Shown one piece after another: positions 49,473 to 62,069 of a stretch of DNA of 64,000 nt; position 1 is the first letter of the stretch, and every line of letters begins with the position of its first letter. Source of the stretch: Octopus sinensis (taxonomy: Eukaryota); assembly GCF_006345805.1 (NCBI RefSeq), contig NC_042999.1, positions 25,854,001 through 25,918,000 on the forward strand, given 5' to 3'. The notes under the pieces are model-generated. The model was not told where the DNA came from, did not search any database, and was given only the letters and a program-made list of their open reading frames with translations. The translations under genes were made by a program, and so were the position numbers.

Positions 49473-50402
49473 TACTTTGATACTTGATACTTTGATAGGT
49501 TTCGGCCATTATTGGCCCAGGCCATGTCTAACTAATAGCACCACCTGGTGAAGTCTTTCAAGTCAGAATTTGGGCACTATGGCCCACTCAAGTAGAGAGT
49601 TATGTGTTTACAGAGACATATCCGGGTGTGGGGTTTATCCGGGATTTCTTGAAGAATTGTCCAAAGACTTCTTGAACCCTATAGGGTCAGTTTCTGTTTA
49701 ATGTGTTTTGGTGTAATGTTAAAGAGAGCGGGGCCAATGAGGTGAAATAATTGTGCCGTATTGTTGTTATGAGATGAGAGTGCGATTTTGTTTTGGGCGG
49801 ATGGCACGGGGCCCAAGCCTTGGATGTACCTTAAAGGTGATTGCCAACATCATTTGGGCAATGTGATGGAATATTTTCCACATCATGCAGATGATGTAGC
49901 GCTCACGACGACGTTGGAGAGAATAGAGTTTTAGCTTTCTAGTCGACCCCAATAGTCGAGGCCTGTCATGCCATCTATCTTTTTTGTGATTGCCCTTGAG
50001 GTGCTTCGACTTTTTTGATACCTTGTATTGTGTGGGGAGACCACAGTGGACAACAGTATCAAGGTGGGGTCGGGCAAAAGTGGAGAAGAGAAGGATAATG
50101 GTGTGGATATCCTCGACTGGAAAGTTCTGAGAATCCAGGAACACATTCTGCGGGCCATGTCAACTTTGGTGTTTATATGAGTGGCCCAGCTTACGTTGTG
50201 TCCACAATTACTCCCAGTCTCTGATGTTGTTGGACGCGCGAGAGTTTACCTGAAGGAGGGAGTATGGGAGTTTCAGGGCATCCTCTTTTCCAAAGTGGAT
50301 TAGCTCAAATTTATCCTCGTTCAGCAGCATATTGTTTTTTTCTGCCCATTGGATAACAGCCAGTAGATCTGACTGAAGGCATGTCCGGTCACTCGCCTCA
50401 TG
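49473..50402 (-). mobile_element. 5'-truncated CR1/L2-group LINE (RT C-terminus, 3' UTR, TATCAAAG-type tail)
   Basis: LQSDLLAVIQWAEKNNMLLNEDKFELIHFG...IRD[fs]IVDTTLSWATHI...MCSWILRTF...RPHL...KLYSLQRRRERY; 3' hairpin GGCC-AATAAT-GGCC; tail repeats at 49473-49497. Confidence 0.9.
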
Positions 50403-50560
50403 CATGTCCGGTCACTCGCCTCATGCATGTCCGGTCACTCGCCTCATGCATGTCCGGTCACTCGCCTCATGCATGTCCGGTCACTCGCCTCATGCATGTC
50501 CGGTCACTCGCCTCATGCATGTCGGTCACTCGCCCATGCATGTCCGGTCACTCGCCTCAT
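50380..50560. repeat. Minisatellite: 8 copies of CATGTCCGGTCACTCGCCTCATG (23 bp) at the LINE 5' junction
   Basis: Units start at 50380, 50403, 50426, 50449, 50472, 50495, 50518 (21 nt) and 50539. Unit 1 is in-frame LINE sequence (HEASDRTC). Confidence 0.95.
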
Positions 50561-50642
50561 TATATCTTATATATATTATATATATCTATAGGTATATATA
50601 TTATATATCTATCTATCAATCTCTCTTCTCTCTCTCTCTCTC

Positions 50643-50683
<41 letters not shown>

Positions 50684-50689
50684 TAGATA

Positions 50690-50792
50690 CACGATGGATT
50701 TCTTTCAGTTTCCGTCTACCAAATCCACTCAGAAGGCTTTGGTGGACCGAGGCTAAAGTAGAAATAATACTGCACAGACCACTACTACGCCT
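50690..50792 (-). mobile_element. Major SINE family, internally deleted fragment
   Basis: TTCTTTCAGTTTCCGTCTACCAAATCCACTCA...CCGAGGCTAAAGTAGAA. Confidence 0.8.
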
Positions 50793-50957
50793 ATTATTAT
50801 ATATTATATATATATACAATGTGATATATATTATTTATAATATTTATATTTAATATATCTATATATATATATATATATATATATAATATCAATATAAGCG
50901 TGTGTGTGCGTGTGTCTATATGTATGAAAAAAATATATATATATAAATATATATATA

Positions 50958-51001
50958 GGCGCAGGAGTGGCTGTGTGGTAAGTAGCTTGCTAACCAACCA
51001 T
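50958..51001 (+). mobile_element. Major SINE family, head only
   Basis: GCGCAGGAGTGGCTGTGTGGTAAGTAGCTTGCTAACCAACCA followed by TA repeats. Confidence 0.85.
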
Positions 51002-51098
51002 ATATATAAATAAAAATAAATATAAAAAAAAATAAAAAAAGAAGAAAAGGAAAAGGAAAAGGAACAAAAGAAAAGAGAAATGAAAAAACGAAGAAAGG

Positions 51099-51162
<64 letters not shown>

Positions 51163-52097
51163 GCAGATAATCGTAGAGGTTGTGTTATGCAACTTACAAA
51201 TAACATGATGCAGTTTGGTAAATCTACCAGTATCTTCAAATTACTTTCATATTTTATTTCTCATGTTTATACTCTATAAAAACAGTTTGCTATCATCATT
51301 CGTCCGTTAAAGAGCAGTAGCTTACTCCAGTCTTATCGATCATTATTTACCAAACAAGTTTCTATTGCTACTGTGTATGTGCGTCGCGTACATGAATATT
51401 GCAGTTATTTATTTTTTTCTTTCACCTCTCTAAAATTCTACCTTATTACAATATTTCATCCAACAAATAATTTATCCACAGTCTTTTTGTAGTTTGAACC
51501 TATTTCTTTAAGAATCCATAATGAATATAAACAAGAAAAAAACCACGTCTTCACAATTGCATTAACTCTAAAGTCTGGTTTTTCTATAGAAGCATAATAA
51601 AATACACCGTAATGAAATTGAGTTTCGAAGAAAACTGATAAATTTCGTGCTGTGCGATGTTATAAACGACATGCAAGATAATTCAATAGCTAGCGTCGTT
51701 TAATATGTATGGATGGGTAATGGCGTTGTGAGCGGGGTGATATCTTCATTAAGACTCTTTCTCTTTTGAAATTAGAACTTCAATTAATACTGAATTAATT
51801 TCATGATTAGATTTCTCATTTCATATTTCAATCTTCAATTTTATGAGATTCTTCCTGTTTTAAACATGAAACACTTTTCCTTTGATCCCAAATCACCCAC
51901 ATCCTATGAATCGAAAAGGTATTTGTGCATGCACTGCATTAATTTAGCGTGGCATATCCATCCCACTCCAATACTATGTGATATGTAGTTGAATATTCTT
52001 TAGATTCATTTCTCTTTCTTCGTAATTACATTGAGCTATGAAAACGCAACATTATATATCCATATATCACTGGACAGATAGGTGGATCTTCATATAT

Positions 52098-52235
52098 AGG
52101 GAGAGTTTACGAAAAAAACAAAAGACGAAGACAAGTGGTGTACAAAACAAACAGATGTATTAGTATAACGCTCAGGAATAGAAACAGTCTTTTACGTTTC
52201 GACACAGAAAAAAACAAGAGAAACACGGAGAGAAA
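52098..52235 (-). mobile_element. PLE family C terminal repeat; hammerhead with stem II deleted
   Basis: Reverse complement TTTTCTGTG-TCGAAACGTAAAAGAC; the remainder matches 8790-8935. Confidence 0.7.
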
Positions 52236-53170
52236 AAAATGTGTGTAGTGGCTACCGATCAATCATGGCGACTAGTGCCGAACAGAGGTCTTCATATAAG
52301 CGTCCATGTATACTTTATGAATTATCCTTAAGAATATATCAACATAAGAATATATGATATAATGAGAAATTATTTCATGTAGTTAAAATCTGTCTGTCAT
52401 AAATATTCATCTGCAATATCTAATATGATGACAAATAATTCTAGAAATGATTTCAACAACTTCGTTATTATTAGGGATTTACCTTCACGAAATAGAATTG
52501 CTTTACATGGCTAATTCACTTCCAAGAAATAGCAACATCCTCTACAGGAATTCAACGAAGCAACACAGGAGCTCTAGAAGCCAGAAATATGCCAGTTGTT
52601 TATCTGCTATTCCGTAGAAGTGGTCTGATGCAAAGCAGGATGCATGCACACACACACACAACCGTACGCACACGTACACACAAACACGTGAACACACGCA
52701 AACAAACACACAATACACACACTCATACAAACATGCCCATTCTTAATTTTTTTCCTATTTAAAATTCTTTTGCAAAGTAATCAGTAGCTGTCTCGTCCCT
52801 GCATAAATTGAGGATTAAAATTCAAGTTAAGGACATGGTTCTAATGTAACACATTTTACCAAACTGAATCACTTAGTGAATGTGTACAACTTAGATGATT
52901 AGATGACTTGACAGGAAAAATGAAATGAAAGGTTCAGAAAACCATGCGATCAGTGGATATTTTCAAACAATATCAAATAGGTAGTGTTCCGAAATCACCA
53001 CTGACACGTAGAAGATATTTTTCCACATTACAGTATATATGTATTATATTTATAACTTTTGATAGCGTAACATTTATATGTCAATACTTTTATCGTGCAA
53101 TAGGTTTTATACTTGTTACGTAAACAAAGGAAAACAGACACACACATACACATTCACACACACACACACA

Positions 53171-53709
53171 TCTATTATATAAAATCCGTTCTGTTTGTTT
53201 GCATGTGTGTCTTCTAGGATCTCGGACATCCTCCATCTGACTGCGCTCAAATTTGATATGTAGATACCGACGGTATCAGGGCGTGTATATGTCTTGAAAA
53301 AAATTACAAAAATGGATTCCGGGTGAGAATGCGATCGATAAAGCCGTGGGAACGTGCATTTGTACGCACAAGTATATCAGCTGTTGCGATCGATACTACG
53401 CGTACGCGAGAAAAATGCGCGTGTAGTTTGCGCAAAAAAAGCCACAAAATGAAGTATATTTAAGAGATCAAATACGTAAGATGCAAAAGAGATATTTTCT
53501 TCAAACTTGGCATGAAGGAAGGTAGGACTATTTGGTTTCTCAAGAAGTTTTTTTGTTGCCTTAACTTCGTTTAACAAAACCAAAACTTTTATTGAAAGAA
53601 AGACATGCTTAATTATTTTTTAATGAAAAGAAAATAATGATTGCATTTTATTCAACAGATATGATTCAGCACCGTCCATTGGACGAGATGGGTGGGGGCG
53701 TTTTGCTCG
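53171..53709 (+). mobile_element. Non-autonomous Helitron-like element inserted between A and T
   Basis: A|TCTATTATATAAAATCCGTTCTG ... CGTCC(ATT)GGACG ... GGGTGGGGGCGTTTTG-CTCG|T. Confidence 0.65.
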
Positions 53710-53711
53710 TG

Positions 53712-53780
<69 letters not shown>

Positions 53781-53889
53781 TATATAAACATACGTATGTA
53801 CGCATAGACTGATACACGTAGATAAAATATCACACGCACACGCACGAGTGCACATATACGCATATATAAGTTAGAGGTAATGTAACATT

Positions 53890-54890
53890 CTAAGAGATAG
53901 ATGTAGGCACTCCTGATATTACCTCAGTATGTATGGTCCTTGTTATAATGTATACGGTAGTAGTTAATTTAAAAAGGTAAACCGCGGTTTAATACATATA
54001 AAGACGATAAGATATTGAGCAATATACAGTGAGAAGTGGATCGTTGGTTCTACTGTTTATTGCTCAACAAAACCAAGTCCTTCTTACAAAAATACAATCC
54101 CTGAAACATAATAGTGATGGGTGAATTTAACCTCTCTAATATAAACTAGTCCACAAATACTCTGAAGTTAGGCAAATGCTCTGCATCAGATATAGCAGCA
54201 GCAGAATTAGTCTTTAATCTAATGGATACATTTTTCCTGACTCAGTTAGTGCTCGAACATACAAGACAGAATAAAACGATCTTGTATGTACAGTATTTCC
54301 GTTGACAAAACTCTCCTCTCAGACCACGACATGATACTCTGCAATTTTAATTCCCGGCATATCAAACCCAAACCAGCAAATCCCACTCCAATGCACTTAT
54401 TTGATAGCATAAACTTCCAGAAAACGGACTGAGGAGCAATCAGAAAGGATCTGTCCGTCATCGAATGCTTCTTCACGCTCAGTTCCACTCACATTGAGAC
54501 TGCATGGCAGCAATTTGAGAACATTGTCACCTATACATGCTCAAAACACGCTCCTACGAAATCCACAAACACAAACAAAAACCGGCTCCCTAGAAAGAAA
54601 CAAGCACTCATCAGGCGCATCAAAAGTCTAAATTTTAAAAAAATCAAACGATTAAAATACTCACACATACAACATCCACATTCAATAATAATGAAAAATC
54701 TGGAGTTGGAAAAACTTCATCTTCAGACCGACATGAAAACATCCATTCAAAATCAAAGAGCTGCAGAGGAACAGTGGGTAATCAAAAAGACAAATCCAAC
54801 AGAACCCTGAAGTGTTCTATTCTTATGCAAATGAGCATAGAACACCAGCACTGAAACATTTAATCACCATGGATCCCAAACACATAAAAA
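53890..54890 (+). mobile_element. Decayed CR1/L2-group LINE ORF2 fragment (APE endonuclease C-half plus linker)
   Basis: IVMGEFNLSNIN*, LMDTFFLTQLVLEHTRQN, LSDHDMILCNF, NFQKTD*GAIRKDL, AWQQFENIV...CSKHAP, QRAAEEQWVIKK...VFYSYAN. Confidence 0.85.
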
Positions 54891-55486
54891 ATGATACATA
54901 TACATAAAATCACAGAAGGTAAAAATATATATAATCGAATAAAATACAAATAAAATGGTCTATCAAAAAGTTAAATATAAACGGCTAAAAATTCAAAACT
55001 ACAAAAAAGACCTAATAGCGAGATATAAAATAAGTAAAGGTTAAAATAAAATAAAATAAATGTCCATCAACTAAAAATGTTTTATCAGACGATTAAAATG
55101 TGTTTTTATAAAAGTTTGTTAAAATCTTTAAAAAAAATTATTTGAAAAATATTTGAAAAACTTCTTTTACTTCCCTCATACAAATACGTCCAAATTTCAT
55201 AAGTAAAGAGAATTCCACGGGTCAAATTCACATACAAAAATTCTTTACTCTCCTCAACACAAGTACGTCCGTACGTTTATAATAAGCAGATTTCACGGGT
55301 CAAATGCAACATTCTCATATATCTACGGGCATTTCGGGATTTCATCACCGCAGTTTAATTACACTAAATTGCATCACGGCGATGCCCCACTCATCAGGTT
55401 ACACAGGAAACATGAGACATGTTAACATATATATATTCATCTATACCCAAACGCATCATGTACACATACACATAGATGGGTACATA

Positions 55487-55538
<52 letters not shown>

Positions 55539-55977
55539 TATATATATATAATATAATATATATATATCTATATTATAATACATTATATAAAAGGGCTTAG
55601 TAAAATAAATTACTGTGCCGCATACTGAACTCATTAGAAATAGCAGTCCCTTTGCATACTGAAACACTTGGTGAAATTGATTAATATTAATTAATTTTGC
55701 CCTCAATTGTGAAATATATATATATTATATATATATATATATACATATATGTACACATACAAATATCTATGTGTATTGACAATACAGCAGTACATATTTT
55801 TTTCTGTTTTATGTACTCTTAAACAACAGTACATTCATATACTTACACGCATACAAACATGCATACATACATGTATGCCTTTATATACATATGTATTCAT
55901 ACATATATCCGTGCATATATATGTGTGTGTGTGTGTGCGTGTTCGTGTGTGTGTATGTGTGTGTATGAATGTCTGTG

Positions 55978-56012
<35 letters not shown>

Positions 56013-56867
56013 ACATCTAAACACCTGGCTCAATCAGCTTATACACTATATCGTTGATCTAAATATTCATATGTTATATACCCAACAACCGTATATATTT
56101 GCTTTTATTGCAGTAGTTACAGCATAATTCTGAAGCACACGACAATGGGTGATTTAAGTAGTGCCATTTTCTACTGAAGTTGTTTCGTTTGCGACATTAT
56201 TCAATAAGTGTGGTATTGAAATTACACAGTGATAATTTCATTACTCATATACGTGAATATTTACCGGTTCCTTGGAGGATCCGTAAGTATCTCTCTAATC
56301 ATATCTCGTAAGTTAAGCGACTCCCTGAGGTTGAAATGTAAATATGAAAATTCTGATGATGTTTGCAATCAGTATTTAAATAGCTTTCATTATATGACGT
56401 GTCTGTTGTTTCTTTCGTGAAGAAGAATTTAATTCCTTGGTGAAGTGTTGACTACGAAGGATGCTATATACAATTCGTTACTTGAATGTATAGGTGTGTC
56501 TGTTATGATGGCCATACATTAGGCGGAAGGCGCGGAGAAGAATGGGGAGAAGGTGTAAGTATTTAATAAAATTTGCATGTATTTTGATTTCGAAAGTAAT
56601 GGAATATAATTTTCTGTTCACGCGTTCAATTGAAATTAAATCTCTAAATAAATGGTAAGAGGAATGAAATATATATTTTCTAAAAGATAAGATCATAGAT
56701 AGATACGAATATTTAAATATGCGTCAGCGCAAGCGTGTACGTATAAATGCATATACGTATGTAAACTTATAGCTATATATATATGCATATACACATGTAA
56801 AAATACGTATACACACACACGTACACACACGCACACATACAAATACGCACTCATGCACAGAGAGATG

Positions 56868-56899
<32 letters not shown>

Positions 56900-57049
56900 G
56901 AGTGATAGCATACCGAGAAGTGGTGAGGTTGGAATAGATTAATATAGAGTCATTTGTACTAATGATAAACGATTACGTTACTGATATTTTTTCATAAACA
57001 TTCAGGTAGTTATGTACGAACATAAACAAATTTCCAGTACACAAACACA

Positions 57050-57061
57050 CACATGCATACA

Positions 57062-57092
<31 letters not shown>

Positions 57093-57103
57093 CTATCTAT
57101 CTA

Positions 57104-57161
<58 letters not shown>

Positions 57162-57269
57162 CCTATCTATCTATCTATCTAAGATGGCAGTGCATAATTA
57201 GCAGCTAGCATGAGATGAATAATTTTGCATTTGAAAAAGCCTCGTATATTGCTCCCCGCTTTTCACATG

Positions 57270-57366
<97 letters not shown>

Positions 57367-57369
57367 GTA

Positions 57370-57446
<77 letters not shown>

Positions 57447-57510
57447 GTCTGTCTGTCTTTCTGTCTGTCTGTCTATCTATCTATCTATCAATCTATCTAT
57501 CTATCTAATA
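57050..57510. repeat. (CATA)n/(TATC)n/(TGTC)n microsatellite containing an 88-bp unique insert
   Basis: Visible directly. Confidence 0.95.
57181..57268 (+). repeat. 88-bp duplicate of 58871-58958
   Basis: Identical except for 2 substitutions. Confidence 0.95.
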
Positions 57511-58144
57511 TGTCTGTGAGAATTTATCTCGTGTGATGTGTATGCATGCATGTATATACGTGGGTGTACAACGATTGTTTTGACTTTCTTACTATAGCAA
57601 GATTTGCAAGCAGACAGAGATGTCATCAAAGATGTAGACAGACGATCGTGTGGGAGAAGACATGAAGGAAGATGCTAAGAAGCATACGAATCATAAAAAC
57701 AATGAATGAAAGAAAGCAGGGAAGAAAGAATGAATCTCATTTGTGTGGCATACATTAGCAGACTTATCGGAAACATATGTTCGATCTTCGTAAAGTGGAA
57801 CGGTAGATATAATACTCGTGTGTCAATAGATGTGTAAATTAACCAAAGATTTGATAGATTGCAAAGCTTATCAGATTTAAATTTCGGCAAGAGACACTGT
57901 TTCTTTTTCTGTTTTGTGTGGAGAAAATAGCTACATTTTGCTTCAGCGTATTTCTAAAGAACTTAGCGGATGAAAAGCATTATAAGTGCTGGATCATTGT
58001 ATTTATATGATATCTAGTGTTTCGTCTCTATAGAATTATTCAATTCTGGTCAGCATTAGACTTTTGTCTATATTTAGTCACGTATGTCTCTAAGGCTCTG
58101 TGTTCCATACTTCAAAGTCAGACAAGTATATTTTCTTTGGATGC

Positions 58145-58213
<69 letters not shown>

Positions 58214-58509
58214 CGTTAATATGAAAATCTATTGCTTCAGTGTCTAAAAGAAGTGTTTTTTCTCTTGTTCAATTTGGTTAGCTCCAATCCAGCTCCATTC
58301 CTTATGTTCAAAGAAAATTCGGCCATGGCCATATAATTTTTCTCCAGATAACGTTTATCGTGAACAACGCTATCCTGAGTGTCATGGACTTTTGTAATTG
58401 AGCAGAAGTTTGTTTAAGGGGTATTTAGGTGCTATTTTAGACCAATAGGATGTATGTGTAGACGTTTACTTCTGCGCAGTCCCATCGACGCTGAAGAAGA
58501 AAACAAGGT

Positions 58510-58700
58510 ATGGACTAAGCCAAATGCTTAGCGGTATTTAGTACACCTTTCATTTCTGAGTTTAAATTTTGGCGGTGTGGACTTTGCCTTTCATCCTTTA
58601 CGAAGTTCGATAAAATAAATTCCATTTGAACACTGGTGTCGATTAACCCTAACCGTAACGCCACCCACAAATCTGCTGGACTTGTGTCAAATTTTGAAAT
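58510..58700 (+). mobile_element. MetaSINE-like SINE, diverged
   Basis: CCAAATGCTTAGCGGTATTT...CTGAGTTTAAATTTTGGCG...GACTTTGCCTTTCATCCTTT...CGATAAAATAAAT. Confidence 0.75.
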
Positions 58701-59120
58701 CCGGATTTTTACTTTGTGCGTATCTCACCTTGTTGTTGTTGTTGCTAATATGTTTTTGTTGTTGTTGTCGTTCTCGACAATCTTATGCTGAACGATATCC
58801 CCCCCCCCCCCCAGTGACAATGTCACATTCTCTCTCAGCTTCTCTCCATTATAAAATATACCCCTGAAGTAAGATGGCAGTGCATAATTAGCAGCTAGCT
58901 TGAGATGAATAATTTTGCATTTGAAAAAGCTTCGTATATTGCTCCCCGCTTTTCACATTTTGTCAAGTATATTTTTGTTCATAATCGTATTTTCTCGCAT
59001 GCAAATTTTTATGTTCTCGTTTCTCATTTTGTTAACGATTTTCCGACTCCTGTACCCATATATGCATGTATATATACATATATATGTAGCCATGTACATG
59101 TATGTGTGTATATATGCATA

Positions 59121-59156
<36 letters not shown>

Positions 59157-59777
59157 GATTATTATTATATGATCAAATGCCACGCATCCATTTCTAAGTA
59201 AGATTTATCTTAATTCCGATGCGCACTCTACTCTCTTTTTCTCCCTCTCCCTCTCTTGTTCTTCTTCCTTTCTGTTTTTTTCTCACACCATTTCTCTAAT
59301 TATTCCCCTCTGTCTTTCACCGTTCATTCTCTCTCTGTCACTCTTCCTCTTTGTCTCTCTCGTTGCTCACACGTGACCAACGGCTATCTGTATTTCTTTC
59401 TTCCACTTTCTCCCTAAAGAAAAGACGCGCTTCTCAAAACTGTCTCTGTTTACTGTCCTGTTTCTGTTATCACTTTAACCCTCCGCAAAACAATTCTAAA
59501 TTTTATTTAATTTGGTTTGCGGGAAGGATTGCTTTAACGAAGTCGCGTCTTGTCCCTACCTTCGAAAAACGGAATAGATAAAACAAGGGACAACTGATGA
59601 CGGGTAGGTTCTTCATGTTGCATGTCTCGTTTCCCTATTTGTTTCTTTCGTTGTCCGAAAAAAATTCGTTTTCCATGCTTACCTATATATGCATCTATAT
59701 ATACATATATATGTAGGCAAGTACATGTATGTGTGTATATATGCATATACATATATTACTTATATCATTATACATAT

Positions 59778-59853
<76 letters not shown>

Positions 59854-60016
59854 GTGTGTGAGTGTGTGTGTGTATTCTGTATGAGCAATTCAGGCAGTAT
59901 TTAATTGAAATACCTATGTAGCATACTGCATATTTAATATATTCTCACTGTCGGCAGGCCTATTCACAGTGTATATACAGAAAATGAACTATGTTATATA
60001 TATATATATATATATA

Positions 60017-60064
<48 letters not shown>

Positions 60065-61072
60065 TATATATATATATATGCACGTGTGTGTGTGCTCGTG
60101 TGAGTGCGCGTGTATGTGTAGATGCGTGTTTATTTATAAATACATTTATGCATGTCTATATTATTCTCTCGAACATATGTCTAATCTAGCGATCTACTTT
60201 TTTTTCACATTCTTTTACCAATGCACATGTTGTGTGACATGAATGGAGACTATTGTGAAAGGAAGATAATAATAAGGTATTAGCGAACCTATGTTATATA
60301 TACAGAATTTATCTTTCCAACTTAGCCACCAATCTTTAGTGATAAAAGTCAGGAAAATTATGGGAAACAGAATATTATTACTATCAGCATCATCATACCA
60401 TCATCCCCACCACTAGCATCCCCACCTCTACCATCACCACCACCGTCATTTTTACCCCCCAGCCCCATGAACACCACCAACAGCACCGTCAATCAAACAA
60501 AAAATATAGTATAGAAATGTTTTAAATGGTGTGTGCTGTTATGAATTCATAAGTATATCTCTATAACTGCATTCTGTATATACAGTTATCTATTCTAGTT
60601 AATGTTTAAATTGGTAGCAACACTCGAAAGGAGATATGGAAAGACAATTATTTACCATTGTTTACACAATTCTTTAGCAATATTTTTGCCGTAGAGTTTT
60701 TTTTACACATTCTTCAATAAACCAATTTGTTGGTATTTCATAAGTATAATATTCCATCACTAACATCTTCGTTTATAACAATAATCAAGTGAGAAAAAAG
60801 AAACAAATATATTAGCAACAAAAATTCCAAGGGGATTTGGCGACAACTCGTGTATATATGAATATCAAAAAAATGATATGTTTACAAGAATTAAATGGAT
60901 GATGCCTGTGTTTTATTCAAGAATTATTTGTTCAACCATATACCTAAAACAGTTAATGATATTGGAGTTTACACAAACGTACATATGAACATATATACAT
61001 ACATATACATACAGTATACACATATACATGTATATATTATATATATATATATACATGTATATATATAGATAT

Positions 61073-61170
<98 letters not shown>

Positions 61171-62035
61171 ATGTATAGATATATGTATATATATCTTTGT
61201 GTTTGTGTATGAATACATCTGTTATATATATTGAAATATATTGCGTTTAACAATATAGAAATTTCATGAAATGTTTTTAAAAGTAACTTTACGATAAATA
61301 TTTTGAATGATAAGAAATAGTTAGAATGTAGAAAAATAAAGAAATATATGTGGTACAGTGTCTATGTAAGGCACGTAACATCAGGAGATCGTATATAAGA
61401 GGTTACATCTATTATTTTGGCATAGGAATGGAATAGAGATGGAATACAAAAGAAACATATTCTGTAAATTTGGACAGATAAGACATCTGGAAAGAAATAT
61501 TTATAATAAAAAAGTGAAACATAATAAGTGTAGAAAAGAGAGAAAAGTACAGGAAAATACAAGAAATGAATTACGCTGAGAAGAAGATAGGAAGATGTAT
61601 ATAAAATAGGATTAGGCTATCAGTTCTTCCGATGTTGGTCACTGCATTAGCGTATCCGTTTTCATAAGAGAGACCTATTTATTCCACATTTGAAAACAAG
61701 CACTTTAATGATGAAAGTTATTTCATATACGACGTTAAAATATTCTACAAATACTCGCACATATGAAACTGTGTATTCTGAATTTATTTGTGATTCGAAG
61801 ATCACTAGGTGGGTGTGATTTGTAGATCATCAAGATAGATATGTTCCTCATTTTTGAACGTTGAATAATATATGCTGTTCACTCACGTTCTGGCTTATAT
61901 TCTTTGCACCGTCACCTAGGGAACACCTATTTTCAAGTATGGTAATTTACAGATGTATTCGTGTAGGTATAGATATACATGCACATGTGTGTATGGAAAT
62001 ATATACATACATACTTACATACATCGATATACATC

Positions 62036-62069
<34 letters not shown>

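Noticed and set aside
50380-50560. CRISPR-like array
   Set aside because: Head-to-tail repeats with no spacers, eukaryotic context, and the unit is LINE coding sequence.
49473-54890. The two CR1/L2 pieces as one twin-primed inverted insertion
   Set aside because: Orientation would fit, but 3.3 kb of unrelated DNA lies between them, no TSD was found and the endonuclease piece is much more decayed.
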